Part shown: one piece after another, positions 55,556 to 64,000 of the stretch
Layout: the number at the start of each line of letters is the position of its first letter
Position numbering within the stretch: the stretch's first letter is position 1
Origin: the human T2T-CHM13v2.0 reference genome, Homo sapiens
DNA: 64,000 nucleotides
Direction: 5' to 3' (one strand)
Assembly (NCBI RefSeq): GCF_009914755.1
Contig: NC_060934.1
Translations under genes and position numbers: made by a program
Notes under the pieces: generated by a model
Told to the model about the DNA's origin: nothing
What the model saw: only the letters and a program-made list of their open reading frames with translations
Database searches by the model: none

Positions 55556-55944
55556 CTAGAGTGAAAGAGGGGACAACTGAAAATGGGTGATTTGGTTTCT
55601 GAATGAGTTGACTGTGGCTGTGATAATCCTTACATGTGTTTCTATTTGCTTCATTAATTCTTAACAATTACCCAGGAGGTAGGTACTGATGTTCCCATTT
55701 TACAGATAGGGACTGAGAAGTCCCAACTGAGAAACTGATTTATCCAGTGTTCACTGAATCAATACTCAAACACAGGTTCATTGGACCCAGCTTGACTGTT
55801 ACTTCCCTAACAGGACAGCTCCTTTAAGTGACAGGCCTGTCGGAAACCCTGTATGGGAAATTCTTCCCTTCATTTGCCCTCAGGGAAAGTTGTGGAACAT
55901 CTGGAGGAAATCAGGCTCTGTGGGGAATCCCCCAGCCGCCTTAC

Positions 55945-56081
55945 CTGGAAGATATAATTCCCGGGGCCCACATCTGTGATATCCACCCACTGGCAATCAA
56001 TGTCATGCCGGTAGGTGTCCCAGCAGCCTACAGTCACTCCCTGTTCTCCAAAGTTGGCACATGCGTAGCGCCGCTGCAGTC
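55945..56081 (-). CDS. LOXL4: LOXL4 exon 13 ([46 protein letters not shown]), contains the LTQ tyrosine
   Basis: ttacag|GA...CAG|gtaagg; 137 nt; [11 protein letters not shown] lysyl-oxidase motif. Confidence 0.97.
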
Positions 56082-56731
56082 CTGTAAGGAAGGGGACAGA
56101 CAGGTTTTGAGGCAGGACGAAGCACTCTGCTAGGTCTTTTATTTCCTTTACCAGTTCAGTGTCATCATGCCCAGTTCACAGATTAAGGACCGTCAGAGCT
56201 AGAATCCTGCTGTGAATCCAGCACCATAGCAAACCACATTGTGACAAAGATAGGATTTGTTTGACTGCTCCAGTGCAAATCCCTGTTGAACTAGGAACTG
56301 TGGTTGGGAGATTCCAACGCTCCCGTGCTAATTTACTTGTGCATCCGCCTATCCATCCTTCCAAACCTCTAAAGATCCAGTGTTTACCATGCAGTTCCTA
56401 AGGGTTAGGGACTGTGGGTGTGCAGACAGGAAGCAGGCAATGCTTGCCCTCGGAGAGCTCAGCAGAGATAGGACAGGTCTGCAACTCTTCTCCAAGATGG
56501 AAAGTGCTGAGTGTTTTAAAAGAAGAACAATGCGTGGGGAATTCAGAGGAAGTAAAAACCTCCTGCGTAAGATTTCAGAAGGTAAGAAATTACCTTGAAT
56601 GCTAACTTTTCAAGCCAGGGTCTCCAGGTGCCTTGGGCTGCTGAACAGGGCAGAGAGAAAGCCTGATCCCAAAGGGGCTGAAGAACATAACAAAAGGAGA
56701 TGCTGATAGGTGCTGACAGGAAACCACATAC

Positions 56732-56847
56732 CTGTGGGGCAGTTTGTGTCCTCCAGACAGAAGCTGGCCTTGTGCCCCTCAGCCACCTTGGAGCCATTGA
56801 GAGTGAGGAGGTCGTAGTGGGTGAAGACCTCAATGCTGTGGTAATGC
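56732..56847 (-). CDS. LOXL4: LOXL4 exon 12 ([38 protein letters not shown]), Cu-binding His and LTQ lysine
   Basis: ctgcag|G...ACAG|gtatgt; 116 nt; [12 protein letters not shown] motif. Confidence 0.97.
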
Positions 56848-57931
56848 CTGCAGAAGGGGTAGAGCTGTCAGTGCGGCAGCAACAGGAGAGGGTCCTCTCT
56901 GGAGGGGCTGGTAGGGAAGACAGGCCCCAGGCCCCATCATGACCCGAGAGGAAAGTTATAGTAGGCAGTGCCCTTCTCCCTCCCAAACCCGAGATTAGTG
57001 TGACGCACAGCCTCCTTTGCTGGCACCCCTGCCAGGCAGCAAGTACAGCTGCCCCCACCACCTAGGGTCTCAACCCAGGCAAGAGGTAGAAGCCCTGCTC
57101 TGGTCGCCTCCAGGAGGCTGGTGCCTGACAGCAAGGCCTGAACTGGGGGGAGAGGCGGGGCACCGGGTCTGTGAGCAGCCTAGGAGCTGACCTGCTGGGA
57201 AGAGGGTCCCTGTAAGCCTGGGACCAAATTGCTACCATTGTTTCCAATCCAGTTATAATGACAGCTCTGTTCATGCTACAGGGAAAGGTGCTTATTATCT
57301 CAGGCGAGACCAAGTCCCAAAGTCATTGCCCATTCCTTTCCACTTTCTCCACCCGTGGCTATGTTCTGAAGAAGAAAAAACAATTCTGCCTTTGTCACAG
57401 GCATTGTCTCTCCCTCTCTCTGGTCTGGAAGCTCCTGATAGGAAAGAATGTTCATTGTCACTTTTTTAGTGGCAGTCTGTTCATGCTGTTCTTTGAGGGC
57501 CTTGCCTTACTACTGAAGGAATCAGCGAGCTTTTCCTGCAGAGCCAGCACCCTGGATGGGATGTCTATTTTGGGCCCCCAGGTTCCTGGGAGTCCCCACT
57601 TTACCTGGCTTCTGAAGACAAGGCCTATGATCCAACATAGGAAAAGTGTCAAATACCATTCTAACAGAACAACTCTGCTGGCGGTGACGCCTCTATGGGA
57701 TGTTGCTGTGGGAAACAGACCCCACGGGCACCATTGACATAGTGAAGGCGAGAGCGATGGAGGGGCAGGTGGATGCCGCTGTCCTCACTGCCTCCTGCAG
57801 GCAAGGCCAGCAAGGAGAGCGCACACCCCTCCCAGGAAAACTTGCCTGTGGCCAGGGAAGGGCCACACTGCTCCCTGGACCCTGCTTTTTGTTCCTAACC
57901 CTCTAGTGCCAATGCATGGGCAGGCTCTAAC

Positions 57932-58175
57932 CTGTGGCACTGGTGCCAAACCCAGCTATCGCGTCCAGTCTTTGGACGAAAGTCAGTCCGGCCCAGATTG
58001 TAGATCTGTGTGGAGAAGCGCAATAGGCGGCGGTATCCGTAGGGCCAGTCCATGTGATCCGCAGACTTGGAGAGGCAGTTCTCCTCGTGGGCACAATACA
58101 GCTGGCTGAGCGGGCGGTCCTCCAAGTAGGCCGTCTCCTGCACTAGCTGGGCGTTCATCACCAGGTCTGGTGCAC
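57932..58175 (-). CDS. LOXL4: LOXL4 exon 11 ([24 protein letters not shown]), start of the catalytic domain
   Basis: cccag|GT...CACAG|gttaga; 244 nt; the WxWHxCHxHYH motif is completed across the intron. Confidence 0.97.
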
Positions 58176-58371
58176 CTGGGGCGGCGGAGGGCATGGCAGT
58201 GACTCAAAGGGTGGAAAGGCAGCCAGTCTTAGTCTCCAGCACAGAGGGCAAGCTTGCCCCCAGATTAAACCCTCCGAGAGGACCCCACAAAAGAAGGGCA
58301 GTTTTAAGAGTCAGGAGATGGTGAGTTCTAATAACATTTAAAGGAAGTCTATCACCTTAACCTGGGAGGCA

Positions 58372-58590
58372 GCTACAGTGTCATGGTTAGGCTTGCTGGT
58401 TTTGGAGCCAGGCCACCTGGGTTCATTCTTGGCTTACTTTCTGACTGTATAATTCACTAGCTCTATAACTGCTTAACCATTTTGTCTCTCATTTTCATCA
58501 TCTGTAAGATGAAGATAATGGTGATATTAATCTGATGACACCTGTAACATGTCTGGCCTAAGTAAACATGCAGTTGAAGCTAGTATTTAT
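58372..58590 (+). mobile_element. MIR relic
   Basis: ggcagctacagtgtcatggttagg..ttttcatcatctgtaagatgaagataat. Confidence 0.6.
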
Positions 58591-58727
58591 TTTGTAAATT
58601 GCTTTTAAGCCTGTAAAGTGCCTTTATGTAGCTTAGTTCATATAATCCTCTCAAAAAGCTCTGCTGATACCTAACCTGGATACTTTGCCTGTACTGTCAC
58701 TAAAAATCACTATCACTAAAGTAGTCC

Positions 58728-58850
58728 TGGGCGGAAGTGAGGCCCTGCCACACCACTGACCACAGCATGCATGCCACCTGGGCAGGCCGGCCGCAGCTTG
58801 CCCCAGGCTGGAGCCATCTGCATCTGGCAGTTGGCCATGTAGGGTCCTGT
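58728..58850 (-). pseudogene. Intronic duplicate (pseudo-exon fragment) of LOXL4 exon 6
   Basis: Ungapped 123-bp match to 63427..63549 with 10 mismatches by manual alignment. Confidence 0.95.
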
Positions 58851-59955
58851 GGTATATATTGGAGAGAGCCAGGAAGTGCCCACTGACAAACCTAGAGTTT
58901 CTTGGTGAAAGAAGGCGAGCTTTCAGAGAGAATGAGAAGAGAGAGTAAAGGAAAGAAAGCAATGTGAAAAGCCAGGGAGGAAAAACAGGTGGTTACAGAG
59001 ACTGCAGATTGGCTGACTGTGCCAAGTTGTCGTGAAGGATCAAATGTGTTCAAGAAGAGCGCTCCCACTGTAGGCAGTGGAGCAGGGAGGGGTTCGAGGT
59101 TCCCAGGAAGGGGAGTCAAGTGAGGAGCAGGCTCCCCACGTGCTGGGAGGCCTTGGTGATGGGGAGGTCCACTCTCATGCCCCATCCCTGCAGGGGAGGG
59201 TCTGATGGATGGGCCCAGTGTTCTCCCCAGGGTGCCCTGGACAGAGAGGAAGCCAGGAGCTCACTGACAAAGATGAAGGATATCTTGGTGTCGAAATTTG
59301 GCCACGAACAAGGTCAAGTGGCCACTTGGGTTGATGCTATCTGTAACCTTTGGGCTGGATATAGTCCATCTTGGCACTGACCTGGCTGGGAGATGTCAGA
59401 GATGCTGCTGCCCTAAGAATCTGGGTTTGTGGGGCAGAGCAATGCCACAGATGGCCTTGTCCCAAAGTCTTTTTGGGTAAATCCCACAGCTCAGGAAGAG
59501 AACACACAGCTGGGCCTTGGCCCCGGGTGTGCTCATATTTGTATGTCCTCTACGACAGCTTTCAAACTGCTTTTCTGACTACAAACCACAGTAAGAAATA
59601 CATTTTATGCTGTAACCCAGTATACACATAGTTCCAAGGAAAAACTGCCCTTGCTGTTTTCTGTCCTGTTTCATTGTTTGTAACTGTTGGTCATAACCCA
59701 AAGTTGAAAACCGCCGTTCCGTGTCCTTGTGCTTCCTCATGTTCTCAGTGTTCTTTCTCACAATAACTCCGTGAGGGGGCAGGGTATGGATCCTGATGGG
59801 ATGGGTGATTTGGCCACACAGCTGGGAAATGGCAGAGCTGGTACTTTCATTCCCCCATGCTGCTGGCCATAGACCTGGGACCAGCATGCAGGGCCCTCCC
59901 TGAAGGGGAGCACAGGCCTACCTGTCCCCAGCCCTGTGAGCCCTCCGTCACTCAC

Positions 59956-60118
59956 TGTCCATGCAGGAGACTCCAGCCAGGAAGCGCCCGCCACCGTGGG
60001 AGCAGTGCACCGGCCCGTGCCTCTGGCACTGCTGCAGGGCCAGCTCTGTGCCTGAGCAGCGCACCCCACTCATCACCACCTCCTGGGCCCTTGGCGTCCC
60101 CGACCAGAACCAGGTTTC
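59956..60118 (-). CDS. LOXL4: LOXL4 exon 10 (ETWFWSGTPRAQEVVMSGVRCSG..AGVSCMD), second half of SRCR4
   Basis: ttcttag|GAA...GACA|gtgagt; 163 nt. Confidence 0.95.
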
Positions 60119-61158
60119 CTAAGAAGACAGCCAGCGTCACCCAGTCAGCGTGCCTTTGGAGTCACCTCCTGACTCCCATCTGAGGTGTGGCCTCAGTCAT
60201 ACCACCCCCACCGGGTTGTGTCCAGCCTGGGCCTGAAAATCTTCAGTGATGAGAACCCGAATTCCCTGGGGCAGTCCATGACACATTTGGACCCTTCTGA
60301 TGTTAGAAATCCCCACCACATATGGAGGTAAAAATCCACCCACCGTGGCTTCCACTACTGGCCCTACACCCCTCTCTCTTCCAGATGGCAGAGGAGGGTC
60401 CTGTTCCCCGCCCCTCTCCCTGGGGGCTGTGCTCACATTTCCCCAGCTGCTCCTCAAGCGGCCCAGATCGTCAGTTGTGCTCAGGGTTGCCCAGTCCACA
60501 CTGTGCGGCAGCCAGTGTGGGTGCAAGTGCAGAGGTTTCTCTGTTGCGGTCATGCCTAAGTCCTCTTGATTTTATTTTTTGATGTATTTTAGATCTATCC
60601 ACTTATTTCTCCTGGACTACCTGGTCCAGTCCAGCCTCATTTCTCACCTGGGCTACTACAATAGCCTCCTGAGTGTGTTTCCTTGCATTCATGTTAATCT
60701 CCACCCAACGTTTTCCAAACAGCAAAGGAAGAAATCTTTCAAACATGTGGATTGCAAGCTTTGAGTGATCTTGCCCCTGCCTCCTCTGCCCTCATGTTTG
60801 ACAGCACTCTCGAGAGAGAGCCACACTACAATCCCTGGCCCTGATTTCCTCAGCTGAATCAAGCTTTCTCTGGCCACAGGGCTTTTGCATAAGCTGTTCA
60901 TTCCTCCTCCACCTTGTCTGACTAATTTCTATTCATCTTTCCTGCAGATGCAAATGTGTCCCTCATTGACGATTTCATTAGGACTATGTCTTCTTGTTTA
61001 CCACACTGTTCCCAGCACTCAGCATCATGTCGGCTCATAGTTTCACTCAGTAATGAATTGCCAAATGGGCAAAGAGGCAGCAGCTTTAGCACAGGAAGTT
61101 TTGGGCCTCAGAACAGGAGGGTGAGAGGTCATACGGAAGAAACAACAGAGGGACCTAC

Positions 61159-61326
61159 CTTGTAGGCATGGATGGCAAAACCCAGGCCGAGCTGTCGGCA
61201 GGCCACCATGGCTTCGGTGAGCCCCCAGTTTTCACTGCACACGCTCCCCCAGCGTGGGACCCCGTTCACCTCCACCTGCACCTCCAATAGCCCCTCCTCA
61301 GGGATACGCCCACCAGCCAAGCGCAC
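61159..61326 (-). CDS. LOXL4: LOXL4 exon 9 ([32 protein letters not shown]), first half of SRCR4
   Basis: ttgcag|GTG...AAG|gtaggt; 168 nt, phase 0-0. Confidence 0.96.
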
Positions 61327-62028
61327 CTGCAATGGCGAGGGGTGTGTGAGGAGTGGGGTAGCCTTGCAGGGAAGAGCTCAGGGCTGCGAGCCTGGAGGTC
61401 TGCCCAAGCCAGCTCACTGTGTCACCCTAGACAAGACAGTCCCCTTCTCTGCCTTGGTCTCCTTCTCTGTAAGGTGAGGACAGTGTAGCAGGTAGTCTCT
61501 AATGTCCCTGCCTGCTAGAGAAATCTGACTCAAAGTGCCTGGACCAGGGGCTCCTCCTGCTCTGGCACTTGCCCTCCACCATTAACGACAACTGGCAATT
61601 TGCAAAGGGCTTTCATGTCCCTTGCCTCATTCACAGTGACCCCCTGAGAGCGTGAACCCCATTTTACAGTGGCACCAGTGACTTGCTCACAGTCCATGTT
61701 AGCACTGACACTTTGCCCTGAGCATCCCACACAGACTCCCTCGTGCCGACAGCCCTGTGGCCCTCTTTCCCAGGCACCTTCTTTCTCAGCTTCACAGGGG
61801 ACCCGAGACGGGTATGGGAGAGCACATCCATCTGCAGAGCCCCTGTGGCCTCTGACATTTCGGAGGGGCTGCAGCCAGGTCGGCTCTAAGGGAAGGCAGA
61901 CTGGTGCCCAAAGCAGAAGCGCTAGCCGCTCCTCCTGGACCTCTCCCCGCTAGCTCGATGTGGTGTCCTGGGGACTCCCCAGGGTTTCCCGGCCCCCAGC
62001 CTGAGGCCATGCTCAGACCCAAACTCAC

Positions 62029-62183
62029 CTGATTCTGAAAGCCCATGTTAGGGACATTGCACCTGACAGCAGCATCATTCTCATGTTGGCAACCATTCTG
62101 GGACCCTTCCAGGGCAGGGCAGTCGCTGAGGGTCCGCTCATATCCCCTGCAGCGCACCTCACTCAGGTGGATGGGCCCTAGCC
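62029..62183 (-). CDS. LOXL4: LOXL4 exon 8 (GLGPIHLSEVRCRGYE..AAVRCNVPNMGFQNQ), second half of SRCR3
   Basis: catctag|GG...CAG|gtgagt; 155 nt. Confidence 0.96.
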
Positions 62184-62359
62184 CTAGATGGGGAGAGAGG
62201 TGCTGTGTGCGAGGCTCCATCTCCGTAACCCCACACTTGTGGCTTCCCCTTCACAGAGGGGGATAACTTTCTGTCCTGGCCCTGTCACCCCAGGGCCTTC
62301 AAGACATGGACCAGTGGCATATCCAGGCCTTCTAACCCCTCCCAGGCTGTCTCACTCAC

Positions 62360-62543
62360 CTTGGCCCAGCCGGGCCCCAAAGAGGGCCTCCCGAGCAGAG
62401 CCAAAGCCCAGCTGACGACACACGACACTGGCAGAGATGAGGTTCCACCTGTGGTCACAGACCGTGCCCCACTGGCGGTTCATGAGCACTTCCACCCGGC
62501 CCTCGCCCACCTGGGCCCCGGAGCGCAGGCGCACCCTCGGCTC
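62360..62543 (-). CDS. LOXL4: LOXL4 exon 7 ([30 protein letters not shown]), first half of SRCR3
   Basis: cccagcag|GAG...CAAG|gtgagt; 184 nt; SRCR motifs EGRVEV, WGTVCD, VCRQLG. Confidence 0.96.
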
Positions 62544-62776
62544 CTGCTGGGAGAAACCTGCTTCAGGGACGGCTGAGGAGGAGGCACCAGCAGGGGCTGA
62601 GCCCCCACAGCGGGATCCCCAACGGGGCTCCTTCAAGTTCCATGGCGGTGGCCAGAGCCAAGGATGGGGAGTTCCAGTCCTGCTTCTGACTTCCCATAGC
62701 TGTCACCCTGAATAAGCTGTTTTTCTTGATCTCCATTTCTTCAATGACCAATCACCCCCACAGCCTCATCAAGGAT

Positions 62777-63053
62777 GCCGTCTCAAGTGTGGCGCTAAGG
62801 CATCTGTACCACCTCACAAGGCCATCTCAGTGTGGCACTAAGGTGTCTGTACCACCTCACGAGGCTATCTCAGTGTGGCACTAAGGTATCTGTACCACCT
62901 CACGAGGCCATCTCAGTGTGGCACTAAGGTGTCTGTACCACCTCACGAGGCCATCTCAGTGTGGCGCTGAGGCATCTGTACCACCTCACGGCATCTGTAC
63001 CACCTCATGAGGGCATCTCAGTTTGGCACTGAGGCGTCTCTACCACCTCATAA
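62777..63053. repeat. 43-bp minisatellite, ~6.4 copies, in LOXL4 intron 6
   Basis: Unit gccatctcagtgtggcactaaggtgtctgtaccacctcacgag starting at 62777, 62821, 62864, 62907, 62950, 63012. Confidence 0.95.
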
Positions 63054-63387
63054 GCACTTGCTCATCTCCTCTTTAAAACAAAGGAGCAGGCTCAGGAGCA
63101 GGCTCAGGATCAGTACCAGCCCTCAGTGGAATGTAGTTAGGATTTAATTACTGTTTTTACGGTCACCTTCTATTCAAGGCGGGTGATGTCAGCTTTCCAT
63201 TTATGGTAGGGCTATAAATGATCCCTTTTAAATACATTCCAAGGTTCTACAGTTCTGTGATTCACTCTCCTCCTCCCAGTCTGGTTCCTCTCTCCTGCGT
63301 GTCCTGGACCTCCCCGCACCCCCCACCAGGCAGTGTCCCGCCCGTGCCTCCAAGCTGTGGTGTGAGTGCAGGATGCCCAGGGCTCAC

Positions 63388-63607
63388 CTCTGCCCAGGAC
63401 CCTTTGCGTTGTGGCTTTGTCTTCGGTGGGCGGAAGTGAGGCCCTGCCACACAGCTGACCACAGCGTGCATGCCACCTGGGCAGGCTGGCCGCAGCTTGC
63501 CCCGGGCTGGAGCCACCTGCACCTGGCAGTTGGCCATGTGGGGCTCTGTCCCCAGGCAGGTGACCTGGTGGATCCAGAAGGAGTTCTTATTCGTCAGGCT
63601 CTTCAGC
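63388..63607 (-). CDS. LOXL4: LOXL4 exon 6 (LKSLTNKNSFWIHQVTCLGTEPHMANC..KGSWAE), second half of SRCR2
   Basis: ctctag|G...GAG|gtgagc; 220 nt; upstream exons lie beyond the window. Confidence 0.96.
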
Positions 63608-64000
63608 CTAGAGGACAAGGGAGACTGAGGGTGGAGGAAGGGCTGAGGGAAGAGCTTCAGGACTAAGGGAGGCCAAGGTAGAAAGGAGGGAAGGGGAGGG
63701 TAGGGGATGGGATAGAGGCCCTTCATGCCACACCCCTTTGCCTCCTCCCTCTAGGGTGCTGCTCCTCACCTAGACTTAGGGTCCCTCATCTTCAGATCCC
63801 AGACTTTCCTGTTATGGGAGAAAACAGATAGGAGGTGGAAGGGGTGTGGAAGTCCCACCCCCTGCCACCTGGTTCCTCATAGTTGTCCTTAAGTTTGCAC
63901 AGGACTTTACATTTTGTAAACTTATTCACTAATCTGATTTCAATGCTGAGCTTCACAGCAGCCCTGACGGGGTGGCCACCTCACAAATAACCATTTTACA

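Noticed and set aside
56543-57737. 172-aa and 159-aa ORFs within LOXL4
   Set aside because: Off-frame or intronic in GC-rich DNA, with non-ATG or weak starts and no recognisable domain
62777-63053. Regularly spaced repeats resembling a CRISPR array
   Set aside because: The units are head-to-tail with no unique spacers, there are no cas genes, and the context is a human intron; it is a minisatellite

Overview
This is human (primate) genomic DNA holding the 3' portions of two convergent protein-coding genes. On the + strand is the complete coding region of R3HCC1L (GIDRP88/C10orf28): a ~1.8 kb first coding exon, a 42-nt cassette exon and five small exons. These splice in frame to 778 aa, or 792 aa with the cassette, and the poly(A) signal is at ~49252. 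On the - strand are the last ten exons of LOXL4 (SRCR domains plus the lysyl-oxidase catalytic domain), with the 3' UTR ending at ~52070. The introns are packed with Alu, L1, L2, MIR and hAT/Tc-mariner DNA-transposon relics. I see no prokaryote-type system (no CRISPR, operon or RNA gene). The most unusual observations are: (1) a 123-bp, ~92% identical ungapped copy of LOXL4 exon 6 inside intron 10, flanked by plausible splice sites that would make an in-frame poison exon; (2) an R3HCC1L coding cassette exon built from a MER5A transposon, with its splice donor supplied by the element's perfect 8-bp target-site duplication; (3) a twin-primed, 5'-inverted young L1 nested in an old L1, whose inverted piece is complementary to a second L1 6.5 kb away, and the two L1s share unusual substitutions. 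Repeat family names and exon numbers come from recalled consensus sequences and gene structures, not from a database search.
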